A stretch of 64,000 nt of DNA, taken from NCBI RefSeq assembly GCF_032444005.1, contig NC_091282.1:72354001-72418000 (forward strand), read 5' to 3'. A program made the position numbers and the translations under genes. The stretch is from Ranitomeya imitator. Lineage: Eukaryota. The notes beneath the pieces are model-generated. The model did no database searches. It saw nothing but the letters and a program-made list of their open reading frames with translations, and was not told where the DNA came from. Shown in pieces: positions 37,384 through 50,190 of the stretch (within the stretch, counting starts at the first letter, position 1; the number at the start of each line of letters is the position of its first letter).

Positions 37384-38587
37384 TAAAGAAGGGATTGTTC
37401 CAATTGGTGGATAACCCCTTAAAAATGCAATTGGGGTCTTTTCATACATTTTTTTTTCAAGTTTCCCAAGAAGTATAATAAAAAACCAACACAAAAAAAG
37501 CAGTTTTATCGTGATTTCAACGCACAGTGGACACATATTCTTCACAGAAAAAAAATGCAGCGGAGAGTGGATTGACAAAAAGAAAAAGTTAAGACTATGT
37601 TGGTGGTGTGTGGGGACAGTGTATACTAGTGGAGAGGATGGAGTAAAAATGACGATTAAAAAGAAATCAGTCAACTTGTGACGTGAGCAAATAAAAAAAC
37701 GAATAAAAACACACTGTGCTCCATTATAAGCCAGGTTGTCAATAACATTAATAAAGTGCATATTTGTGGTACTTAGTTTGGCAATTTGTGTTGTTTTTTT
37801 GGTTTCGAGTCCGACTTCTGCTAAAGAGCTGCCATAAGGGTTGGATGACTGGATTGTTCCAATCAGATTGTATGGAAGACGAGCGTCACCAGGTGTTTGT
37901 TTCACGCCGATCTTCGCTGCTGCACTGAATAACACAAATATTATGGCGCACTCAGACGGCGGTAGGAATCAGAACGCAATGCTCGGACGGGCCAGCGGCT
38001 CTTCTGACCGGAGCGGGACGCATGCATAGAAATATAAGCAGCTGTCGCGCTTAGGGCGGGAGAGCCACCGGCCCGTCCGAGCATTGCGGTCCGATCTCAG
38101 AGATTTAAATGCCCTTAGTTTGGCTAGCAGCTGTACCATATATACAGAATATACCCTGTTTGGACTCAGGGTCAAAGTTAAATTATCAAAGACAAACTTT
38201 TTTTTTTTTTTTTTTATAATCCTCAAATTGTAAAATCCTTGGCAATATTTTTCCATCCAGTCGAGGCAGCACGCACCTCCAGGATAATCCCTCCTACCTG
38301 TACTGTTCAGTGAGTTCTTTATAGGCTTAGGTCACATTGGTTGCACTGTTACACAGGATGCTGGGGCCATGGCGAGGTTCCCTGTAACCATTGTGCAGAA
38401 TGCAGCACCTCCATACTGATGTCTGGATATGATGTCTAAAAACAAAAGTTATTAGTAGTGCAACTCCGTCCGGACCCCCGATGCCAAAGCAGTCGACATC
38501 CTGGGGTGTGCGGGCACAAGCGTCCTCCAGGCACTGAGTGAATTCTAGTCTCTGTCCAAACTGCAACCGCCTCCATCTTCTCCAGCG

Positions 38588-41500
38588 CTACCTGTCCTGC
38601 TGCACAATCAGGTTCTTGAACCAGTTACTGACCGCACAGTCAACCCTTAAGACCAGAGCGATTCCGAAGAGGAGGAAGAGGCTGCTGACCACAAAGCCCA
38701 AACCTTCAAACAGGAACCTGGGGGAGACAGAAAAAGATGTGACGAGGGCGGCTGTCCCGCGTCTAGTGGTCACCTAAGCTCCGCCGCATTCTGCCTGCCT
38801 CCCATTACCGGCTTTCTAAGTGGTTTGTGCGGTATGGATTCCAATCAGCAGCAGGCAGAATTGTGAATGCAGCTCTGGAGGACTTGATCCATTAGCATGT
38901 ACCAATACTCTGCCCACATTTTTGGTGTCCCAATAAAGCTACAGTAGACAAATACATTGCAGACTATTACTCAGCACCATCACACTGCGTACAGTCTGCT
39001 GAAATCTTGGCAAAAATAAGATTAGTCATTAGAATTCATTTTAATATATTTTTGTCCTTATGAAAAAGAAAACCAGTTATATGTAAAGTCTTTAAAGGGA
39101 CTCTGCCATTTAATCTGAAAGGAGCATAATGTAGAGGGTGAAAGCCAGGGATGCGCCACTTGCTGTAGTTTCAATACAATAAGTATTTTATCAGCAGGAG
39201 ATTATCACTATAGGATTAGGTGTCTCGGGCAGGCCAGTCCAGCTCATCTGTGTAACCACCACCGATTGGCAGCTTGCTGACAGTGTACACAGGAAGCTGC
39301 CCAATCAGGGGTGTGGGCGGGGTTATACAGAGCTCAGCATTCTGAGCTCTGCTAGATCTGCAGAAGAGAAAACACGGATTCTATCAAAACTGCGCCAAGC
39401 AGCCCAGTAAAGCAGGGGTGTCAAACTGCATTCCTCGAGGGCCTCAAACCATGCGTGTTTTCAAGATTTCCTTAGCATTGCACAAGGTGCTGGAATCATT
39501 CTCTCTGCAGGTGATTAAGTTATCACCTGTGCAATACAAGGAAATCCTGAAAACATGACCTGTTTGCAGCCCTCTAGGAATGCAGTTTGACACTCCAGCA
39601 GTAAAAGATATATAGCTGGAATCGGGGTATCTGCCCCTACATTATGCTGCTCTCAGATTACGTAGAAAAACCTGCTGACAGATTGCCTTTAATTATATTA
39701 TATAACAGTAGATAATTATAAAAGTCTCATGTCGCACTTACTTTGGTGCAAATACTTTCCAGACCATTAGATGGCGACGGAGAATCATGGCAGCACAGAC
39801 GCAGGACAGCAGCTGGGAAGTCACAGACACACGTCACGTTAGAATTAAAGGCAATGTGTCATCAGAAAATTACCTTTTGTTTAGAACAGGTTTTTATGTT
39901 AAATGCATCTTTTTTTTTTTTTTACAAACGTTTGATGCATCTTTTTAGCTTTCCTATCAATAGCGATGGTTCAAAATACAAATTCGGAACGCTTGCAATT
40001 TTCACACTGGCCACTAGGACTAATACTGGACTCGCACTTCCTGTTCTGTACAGAAGCCTTTTCAGCAGTCTCGTTATCATCACAGGCAGGATCACAGTGA
40101 CAGGTAGGGCTTCTATATACAGTAGATAACACGGGATCCACCATTCACAATAGGCGATATCACAGCTCAAAAGGATTTCATTATTTTTCTTTATAAACAT
40201 TCCTGATTTTTTTCCCCCCATCACTAAATATAAAAAATAAGACTCCAGCAGCCTCTGTAAGCGCAATCATTGAATATATGAATTGTGGATGGCATTAGCT
40301 GCAATTGACTGACACAAGCGCTACTGAACTGAATTGGAAGTAAGCAAAAAAAAGCTGTTATTCATCAGAGCAAAAATCATTGGGAAGGAAGGAGGAGGAG
40401 GTGAGCTTTGATATCGCCTTTAGTGAATGGTGGAGCCCGTGTTATCTACTGCATATAGAAGCCTTACCTGTCACGGTCATCGTTGAGGAGAATCATGATG
40501 CCCGGTCATTTTTACCATAAGATGTACGCCATAAAAACAATTCCTACATGCTGGTGTGCTTTAAAAGGCCGTTATCAGAGGACGACAGCGGCATTTTATG
40601 CGCTAACAGTATACATATAATGGTGTGTGCAGAGAGGCAGGATACATGCCGGACAAGGGCACCTGATTTATTTGGGTTGTGTTCTGATAATACATGGATC
40701 TGAAGGTTTTCTTTAATATGTGCCGTGACATGTAACCCCGGGAATCCGGTACCTGCACTCCCTGGATGAAGAGATACTTGCTCCCAAGCTGCAGCAGAGC
40801 TCCAGAGAACCTGTCTGGGTCCTCCCGAAGCCTCATCTCCATCATGGGCATATCATCATCTTCAGTCTCCCCCTCTCGGCTCTCCTTTTTACCTTTCTTT
40901 CTTCGGGCAGAGGGGGCTTCACACAGAAATGGCCAAAGTAGTAACAGACATGATCCGGCTTCCTCAGGAGAGAGAAATAGAGTTCAATGAAAACGGTTAA
41001 TACAGGCATGTTCCCGATGTGATCCTTACGATCCGCACCGAGGCGCAGCAGAAATCCAATGTCTGCAGGATGGACGGCTACCTGAGAACAGGATGTTGGC
41101 GGAGAAGGTGTTCGCTGCCACCATCAGGGCCGGGACGATATTATTCGTGTGTCCGTCCTGAGTTCCCACAAAAGCCGAGTTCCAGTGGATGGCAGGGAAG
41201 ACTGGCTGGTGACCGGTGGAGTAGAAGTTCTGGCAGGAGGCCAGGGACCACGCCAGCACAGCGTACCAGGGGACACTAAACAATTCTGCAGGAGGAAAAT
41301 AGCAGAAAAAATCCAATCAATGACATATTCCGTAAGCTGTGATACCGGGCAATCAGCAAGCCAAAGCCTAGGAGATGGCAGCTATGAGGACAGGAAGGAC
41401 GTAGACCCCTGCATCCCAGATCAGACCCCAAAAAGTGCATATCTCAATCCAAATGTCCTCATTTCAGGCTACATTCATTGTACGCTCAGTGAATATGTCT

Positions 41501-44500
41501 GGAACTGCACCCGGAAAAGACACCGAACATCCCTATAATCTAAAATTGGCCAGATGTGCGCAAAAAAAAAACCGTTATTCTGCCCACATGAGCGGTAATG
41601 GTCACCATATTGGTTAACTCCCTGGTAGAAACATATCCCAACGTTATGTCTATGTAATATATGAAAATACAGTTTAAAGTGGTGGTCCAGATCAAGAAAT
41701 AGTGTCTTTAAATATGATTATTATAGCAAGATAAACAACTTACTCATACATTTCCAAAGATGTCCCAATGTATCAGCGTCAGGTGCAAATAAGGGTATAA
41801 TAGGGACAACTTGGAATTTTGGTTTCCTACCTCTCGGGAGTTTATTGGGGTCTGATAATCCCATTGTATAGACACATCTCTCATGTATTTTGCAATTGTG
41901 TGTTTCAGGTAGTAATTTAATAAACGTTATGTATTTTATGGGTTCAATATATGTTAATCTTGGTAGTTTTCTTTCTTCATCAGATGCTACAGAGAAGTGG
42001 GCTGGCTTAGCTATTGGAATGAGCCAGCCCCCTTCAAATGGTGACAAAAGGAACGCTGGAGAGAGTGAAGGACAAGTGAAAGGTTTAATTACAGGAGATA
42101 AGACACTGTGTCAGCACCTAAAAAGCAATTAGAGGGAAAGGGGACTGACTGCGCATTTCCAGAGCTAGGACACCCCTTCTCTTCTAATCAATGGGACATA
42201 AAGGAGAAGAGGGCTGTCTCGGCTACGGAAATGAGATAGCCGGTCATGCCCCGTTCCTTACAGATAGTGGGAGCGCTTGTGTTAATAATCACATTTAAAA
42301 AGAGAACTGTTTTAAGCTGGACAATCCCTTTAAATTCAGCAAATCCAGTAGCCACAATGCTGAACTCTATGATTACTTACCAACGCCGTCACTGTAAAGA
42401 TTGGCGACATGTCCGTGGATGTGCAAGATAACGAAGGCCTCCAATAAGAGCAGCAGGAAGGCCGGGGTCAGCCTCTCGCTGTGCAGCAATATCAGGAGCA
42501 GAGTCAGGATAGACAGGGTGATCACCATGCTGGCGGAGTACACACTGCCCAGACCATAGGCCTCAACCGCCGCTCCACTCTTCCTCTCCTCGCCTTCGCG
42601 CCCGTGCTGGAGGCGGCTCTTCAGCGTGCGCTGCATTTTCCTGTAGATCTGGGGGATTACGTGCTGCAGTTCAGCTGCAGAGCCAGGAGCTCCGCGGTAA
42701 GTGGTTACTGTGTGGTCATCATCAGAGGCCTTGCTCTTCACATAGACTGTCATAGGGCTCCACAAAGCCAGGAGGAGGCCCAGGCCGGCCATGGCGTAGA
42801 TAGCTCTGGGACAGGCCACCAGAGCGAGCTGTGTGAGCTCCCGCAGCTTGGCGAGACTATCCTCTGTCCCTGCGTTCAGGGCCCAGTAGCAAGCAATTCC
42901 TAGAACGATAAGAGAAAGGCCCCAGCGGACAAACAGCACCAGGGGAGAGGAGCTGTTCAGGTTTCCATAATGTTGCAGCCACTTTCTGATGAGGAAGACC
43001 ATGAAGCCAAGACACACGACACAGAAAACGTAGCAGAAGTTCTTCATCTGAGGGTCCTGAACGCTGGAGAGGGGGGACAGGAAGGAGGACGGCTGACAGT
43101 CTGGAGTCTCCTCCCGGCAATTATGGAAAAGTCCAGACAGACGAACAATAATTCCCAGTGCTGCCAGTAACCACATAAGTCTTGTGCCATCCTTCCTGTA
43201 AGCCGGGGTCAGGGAAGCTTTCCAAGACTCGCTCCCTAGAGGGGTAAACGTTGGCAGCGCTAGTTTGCCATCCCAATGTAGCTTCACCACGGTCACCGAG
43301 AGCAGAGACGTGAGAAGGAAAGGTGCCACGTACCCTTCCGCCACCACGTAACTGTCTGAAAACAAGGAACAGCAGCGGAAAAAAAGCACCACACAAGGGC
43401 CGGACAGCAGGAGATAAAACGGACGCGTCCTCCATCGCATCTGTGAACACTTCCTTCTCTGAAAGCTGAAGTAAAAACTGATCTGGGAAACCACAGTGGC
43501 TGCGGCACAAAGAGTTACTAGATCAAGAGCCACCAGGGACATCCATGTAGCCAGGCCCAGCACGGCAGTAACCATTAAAGAAGAGAGAAAAGGATATCCT
43601 AGAAGACACTTGTAAGGCAAAGCGACAGCTGCCCCAGCCTCTGCGATAATGTAACAGAGGAAACAGGAGGCCAGCAGGATGACGCAGCCCACGAGCATCT
43701 GTACAGGGTGGAAGCGAGCCCACGACTCCATGCAGACACTCCTGACTTGGGTCAGGTAGTCCTGGAGCCCGAGTATAGTCTTCTGCAGATGAGCGTCCAT
43801 CTCTTCCTCAGGCAGCTGATCCCACTGTGACAGAAGCTGCTCATATTCTGCTGTCAAGGAGGAAAACAGATCCGCCAAAGCGCGCAACTTCTCAGCGGGC
43901 AGGTCCCCCGCAACTCGAGAATAGGAGTCCAAGTAGCGAGCCACCTAAGAGAGAAAGAAAACGGCGGATGTAGGAAACAGATTCTCAACAAGTAGCCATC
44001 AGAAGGAAAATACAAGCCCCAGAGAGCAGTCAGAATGGGGTATTCTGGCTATAAATGAATTTGTGACCAGTAAAGCCGCTTGTCAGCAGGTGCATTAATG
44101 AAGAGAGCAAAACGCTAAGACTTTAACCTGACCAGGCTTAAAGTGCATTATCAGATGTAGCCCCCCTCAACACTTTCGGTATTTGCCAAGCAGGGCTGTG
44201 GAGTCGGTAACCAAACCTCCGACTCCACGACTCTGACTCCATAATACCAGGGCTGTGGCGTCGGTAAACCAAACCTATGACTCCTCAATTTCCATGACAC
44301 CGACTCCACGACTCTGACTCCCTGATACCAGGGCTGTGGAGACGGTAAGCCAAACCTCCAACTCCACAATTTCTATGACACTGACTCCGACTCCACGAAT
44401 CTGACTCCCTGATACCAGGGCTGTGGAGTCTGTAAACCAAACCTCCGACTCCTCAATTTCCATGACACCGACTCCACAACTCTGACTCCTTGATACCAGG

Positions 44501-47500
44501 GCTGCGGAGTCGGTAAGCCAAACCTCCGACTCCTCAATTTCCATGACACCGACTCCACAACTCTGACTCCTTGATACCAGGGCTGCGGAGTCAGTAAGCC
44601 AAACCTCCGACTCCACAATTTCTATGACACTGACTCCGACTCCACGACTCTGACTCCTTGATACCAGGGCTGTGGAGTCGGTAAACCAAACCTCCGACTC
44701 CTCAATTTCCATGACACCGACTCCACCAAAATGAGCTCCGACTCTGACTCCACAGCCCTGCTGCCAAGCCCATAAGAGAGTCTACAGAAGGGCTCACTGA
44801 AGGGTGAGATAAAAGCACACGCTGCACAAGGTGTGAATGTAGTATCTGCGGCCGTCAGGGCATACTATGCCAGCTGGTCTAAGGCTAGAATATCTTGTTG
44901 TAGTCTTGAATGCTTTTTTGCTTTCCATAATATTTCTTTCAGGATTTAGTCTTAGTTATGGCATTTAAGCATTACTATAATAAAAGGGTAGAGAAATGCA
45001 GGCAAACATGGGCAGCAGACACTATAGGAATATACACAGAGTATAAACGTACCTGCTGGGCATTGAGGTAGTAAGCGCTGGTCTTTGATAACTTATCTTC
45101 AGGGAACCCAAAGAGGTCGTCAATAACAGCTCCCAAGTTACTGTACGGAATGGGAAGACCGAGAAGCAGCGACAGGCTCGGCACCAGGTTCACTTGAGGA
45201 ACTGCTGCAGGGTCCTGAGAAATAAAAGTACTGTTCGCACGTTCTCTCCCGATGGGGTGATATTACTCATTATCTGCTACATGTAGTGTTAACCCTGCCC
45301 TAAAGTAATACCCTGTGTAGCTGGTCACCAAACAGAGGGGCCTTGCTGTACAAGAAGAGCGCTGCTGTCACTTCCTGCTCACTGTCTCCTCCGTGGTCTC
45401 CGGTGTCTGTCATCCCATGGTCTCCGGCCACCACCAGCAGCGTCCTGTCATCCAGATGCTCGATGAGTGACCTGTGGAACAAGACCACAACTTCTGTTAC
45501 CAGATATTCAGAACATCTGCAACATTTATTGTCGGTGATGGACCCAAACATTGGATCCTGGGGTCTGGAGAAAGTCTTAGAATATCTCAAATAGCAGATT
45601 CATTAAAATGTAACACAAGCAGCATAAAAAACAGTTGTGCTCACGTGATGACTTGATTCATCTGCATCAGTTTCTTGGCAGTCTCTGGGTGGTCCGGACC
45701 ATGCTTGTGCCCGCAATGATCAACACCAAGAAAATGGGCGATGACTACATCCCAGTCTCCTTCATCCACTGTTCAGACAAATCACAAGGTGTCTGGTTTA
45801 GAGAAGACGTCCTCCATTATAGAGCGAAGAACAGCTCCACACACAGGTTATTGTTGTGGAGGATTCAGAAGGCGAGTGGGCTACATGGACCGACAGATTA
45901 TCTCTAAGGTGCCATGTAAGGCTATGTTCACATGGGGCATTATTGCTATGTTTTCTGCATGCAAAACCTGCTCTCTTGGCAGTAAAGAATCTGCTTACAA
46001 AAAGCCTGTCCGACTAGTTTCCTGTGCACCTCTGTCCTCAGCGACTTAAATTATGCTTTATCCTAATACACAGCAGCATTTCAGATTACAGATAGCTCCT
46101 AAACTATGAAGACCAATGCTGACTACTCAATCCTCATAGCCCCTAGGGGTGTTTAAATGTAAAATGTGATTTTAACGTTGCACTCAGCTCCTCATGGCTG
46201 TGGTTGGGGAAGAACCAAAGGACCTACTTCTCTGCTCCAACGATCAGTGGGACTCATTCAGGCTGGTGATACTGGTGATTTTGTACGTTTTTACGTGTAT
46301 TAATATTATCAAAGCCTAACTCATGGGATCTGATGATGAGTTCTTCTTATATACCTCAATAATATATCACAAGATTTTTGGGGGCATTTCCCCTTGAAAT
46401 GTTTTCCTCAGACCAAATCTATTGACTATAATACAACCATTGCAGAACAAAAACATAAAGACGATGGGAGAATAGAAGAAGGTAAAACGGAAAACACTTT
46501 TTTTTTACCATATCTACAGGAGAGCAACTGACCTCCACCTTCCATGATCTGATCACGAAAAATGAAAATGTCCGACCCTAAAAGCTAAAATATTCATATA
46601 ATGTCACTCACCGGTTGGGTACAGATGCCGTAAGATCCCGTCATCCACAGTATGCAGATCCTTTACATTGAAGGATGGGAAGAAATAAGACTTGTAGAAC
46701 TTTCTGGGGAACAGCCCGTCCCAGGTGTCGTCCCCCATGAACACCACTCTCTTCCCTGTAAGTCAAGGACAGTAGCTCAGTGACGGCATAGTCATACCTT
46801 TCCAGAATATATTACATCTTACAATGGTAATTGGAGGGTAAATGGAAAGACATGCCAGAACCTAAAAAACAGAGGGATCAGGGAGCAACAACCATCCACT
46901 AATCTCCAGAACAAAAAAGATACAACTCTAAAGAGTGTACAGAGCTGATCACCGCTGATCGGTGGGGTCACAGACTTTAGACCACCACCAACCTATTTTA
47001 AGGTTCAGTCATTTATATCAAAGAGTGTACAGCCCATTTAAGTGCTATGTCCATCGTAATATTACCGTAATATACTGTCTATGGCCCATATTCAGCTCTC
47101 AGGACCAGAGCAGAATTATGAATGAAAATATCCCAGTGACAACACGCACCGTTTTGTACCATCTGATGGATCAAGTTGTCCTCCTGAATGGCATAACTGG
47201 CAAAGTTGCTACCCACATCCACAAACGTCGGCAGTGAACCAGTGGTGAATCCTTTAATCCTCTGCATGGTGGTGGTCGGAGGGTCTGCCCGAAAAGGGTA
47301 AAGCCTGGCATGCTGCGGTTGTGAAGCAGTGAGCTGGTGGATCACTCCCAGCTTGTTCTCATATGGCTTCGGGATGGCGTTTGCTGGGTTGTATCGGGCA
47401 AAGTCGTATTTGAGAGCATCGATAATGACTATAACGGCCTTATCAAATCTCTGCGGGAACCAACAGGGGCCGGCGTGGGGGTGGAGAGCAGGAGACGGCG

Positions 47501-47630
47501 GCAAGGAGCATTGACTCTGGTTATTAAGCTCAATTCTCATCAGAAGGAATCCGCTCATGAAAAGCCAAATGCCCGAGTAGAAGGAGAGCGAGAGCCAGGC
47601 CAGGAGGAGAAGCAGCGGCGCCCTCTTCAT
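38588..47630 (-). CDS. PIGO: GPI ethanolamine phosphate transferase 3 (PIG-O), 1081 aa
   Basis: Coding exons (minus): 47150-47630, 46612-46755, 45645-45768, 45312-45471, 45053-45214, 42381-43944, 41082-41285, 40753-40958, 39742-39812, 38588-38717. All GT-AG and phase-consistent, 3246 nt. Motifs [40 protein letters not shown] and [18 protein letters not shown]. Confidence 0.97.
39096..39688. mobile_element. T2-type MITE in the last PIGO intron
   Basis: TTAA|agggactctgcca ... tgacagattgcct|TTAA. Confidence 0.7.
39413..39598. mobile_element. hAT-type MITE nested in a T2 MITE
   Basis: caggggtgtcaaac / gtttgacactccag TIRs, with an 8-bp TSD cagtaaag/cagtaaaa. Confidence 0.8.
44191..44760. mobile_element. 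hAT-type MITE with tandemly amplified left end
   Basis: cagggctgtggagtc / gactccacagccctg TIRs and an 8-bp TSD ttgccaag/ctgccaag. The left TIR recurs at 44191, 44248, 44329, 44416, 44497, 44578 and 44665. Confidence 0.85.
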
Positions 47631-47856
47631 CCTGCAAGATCTAAACAAGAGACATATAACAATTAGCGACCGCATAAACACAGGGGTTCTTATTCATATA
47701 GTATACGAGCATGTGTTCACAAAGTGTCTACATAGCAATTCCTTAAAGGGGCTCTCCAGGCAAATGATACTGATAAATATCAGTCTGACACACAGCACCA
47801 GCTGTAATTGGCAGACCCTGTTGCCGATATCTGTAGTACCCAGATCTGTGCTCCTG

Positions 47857-48628
47857 CCTATGTGACGTAGACGGCAGAGTCTCAGCGTCTCCTATGAGAC
47901 GTAGACGGCAGAGTCTCAGCGTCTCCTATGTGACGTAGACGGCAGAGTCTCAGCGTCTCCTATGTGACGTAGACGGCAGAGTCTCAGCGTCTCCTATGTG
48001 ACGTAGACGGCAGAGTCTCAGCGTCTCCTATGTGACGTAGACGGCAGAGTCTCAGCGTCTCCTATGTGACGTAGACGGCAGAGTCTCAGCGTCTCCTATG
48101 TGACGTAGACGGCAGAGTCTCAGCGTCTCCTATGTGACGTAGACGGCAGAGTCTCAGCGTCTCCTATGTGACGTAGACGGCAGAGTCTCAGCGTCTCCTA
48201 TGTGACGTAGACGGCAGAGTCTCAGCGTCTCCTATGTGACGTAGACGGCAGAGTCTCAGCGTCTCCTATGTGACGTAGACGGCAGAGTCTCAGCGTCTCC
48301 TATGTGACGTAGACGGCAGAGTCTCAGCGTCTCCTATGTGACGTAGACGGCAGAGTCTCAGCGTCTCCTATGTGACGTAGACGGCAGAGTCTCAGCGTCT
48401 CCTATGTGACGTAGACGGCAGAGTCTCAGCGTCTCCTATGTGACGTAGACGGCAGAGTCTCAGCGTCTCCTATGTGACGTAGACGGCAGAGTCTCAGCGT
48501 CTCCTATGTGACGTAGACGGCAGAGTCTCAGCGTCTCCTATGTGACGTAGACGGCAGAGTCTCAGCGTCTCCTATGTGACGTAGACGGCAGAGTCTCAGC
48601 GTCTCCTATGTGACGTAGACGGCAGAGT
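47857..48628. repeat. 34-bp minisatellite, ~22.7 near-identical copies, in PIGO intron 1
   Basis: Unit cctatgtgacgtagacggcagagtctcagcgtct with an exact 34-bp period from 47857 to 48605. One visible variant (unit 2). Confidence 0.97.
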
Positions 48629-49860
48629 TTTTTGTGCAAATATCAGATGGGCTAGGATCTGACAACCAGAACCACCACCAATCGGCTGTTTTCACTGCTG
48701 GTCGCAGCCTGATATTAGTGGTTGTGGAGCTTAACCGCACACACACACAGCTCCATAAAACTGTGAAGTGGCAGCAGATAGTTACTGCAGATCCACTCCT
48801 AGCAATTGGATCTGCAGTACCCAGGCACGACCACTACACAGTTGACAGAGCTGATTGGTGGGTGTTTGTGGGTGTGGGGGGGGGGGGGGGTTTGGGGGGC
48901 GATCTGAAAATAGGCTGCTTAAAGGCTTATTTCACATCTCCATAGATGTATATTGTCAGATAGTGAGTGTAAATACAAGCACTTTTGCAATTCACCACTT
49001 ATTACAATATTGAGCCGTTTTTGAGACATTAGTCCTTTTTTTGTTTGTTTACAGCTCGCTGCCTTGGAGGCCGACCCCCGCTGCCAGGCAGCCGAACACA
49101 CAGCGCTTACATGCTCTTTTCCATTTGGCTTGTAAGCACTCATTTTGCTACAGCACACTGCTACTTCCTAATCTGACCAACTTCAAAACGGTGCTAACCA
49201 GCTAGATAGCGGCAGTGGTCGGTCTCCTGGGCAACTAGCTGTAAACAAAAGAAAACTTAATATCTCGAACGGCTGCACATTTTAATAAGCGGTAAATTGC
49301 AAAACGGCTTGATTTTTGACGCGCAATCAGAAAATATCCATCTATGAAGGTCGGAGCAATCCTCTAAAGGGATTTTCCCCACGAACAAAATTAATTTAAA
49401 AGTTGATTTTAATCAATAGATCTTGGAATAATAATAATTTCCACAATTGGATGTGTTAAATAAAATGTTCCTGTGCCGAGATAATCTTATACATGTGCCG
49501 CTGCTGTGTACCGTGTAATGGCCGTGTCTGACCGTTCCGAATCCGGTTTTTCATGCATTCTCCAGATCTCTCTCTCCGATTCCTCCCCCCAGGTTAATTT
49601 TAAAAAAAAGGGATATTAATTCATCTTTACTACAAACTCCAAAGACGCACCAAAGGGTACAAAACACAGCATGTGAATCCTGCCCGATCACAGACACTGG
49701 GTGCAGCACTGGCCTGTAATAACCCACAAGACCCAATCTGTGTCCTCCCCGGCTGTGCACAGGGCTGCAGGGGTTAACAGTGCGCGGAATAATAGAATGC
49801 AGTGAGACATAACCGTGGTCATTAGTAATAATGGCGGACAGTGGGCGCTCTCCGCTGTAC

Positions 49861-50190
49861 CTGGCACCTGCAGCTGCCGCGCTCCGTCCTCAGACTCCTC
49901 ACATTGATTCTGAGGTCAGGAGGACCCGGAAGAGCAGGACAGCGTCACCACGGCAACGCTACCACAGAGAGGAGGCCGCAACCACACAGAGAAGAGCTAA
50001 TAGAAGCGCCGCCTATCGACATCTACTGGCCGGAGGTAAGATTGCAGTCTTATGGCGCATGCTCAGTAGCATTTAGTTTGCACTTGTGCCTAGTAAGAAC
50101 TAACCGAAGCGCCGCCTATCGACATCTACTGGTTGTAGGTAGTATTGCAGCCTGCGGGCGCATGCTCAGTAGGATTTAGCTTGCTGTGGT
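49861..50190 (-). promoter_or_regulatory. Candidate PIGO promoter and non-coding exon 1
   Basis: CpG-rich; donor CAG|GTACAG at 49861/49860; ETS-type CCGGAAG at ~49926; duplicated module with cgacatctactgg and gcgcatgc. The coding exon starts 1 nt before the ATG after an acceptor, which implies an upstream non-coding exon. Confidence 0.6.

Noticed and set aside
44151-44712. Repetitive ORFs MEIEESEVW...
   Set aside because: They are translations of the tandemised hAT MITE in a PIGO intron.
47857-48628. CRISPR-like array (34-bp repeats)
   Set aside because: The units are contiguous with no unique spacers, there are no cas genes, and the context is a vertebrate intron. It is a minisatellite.
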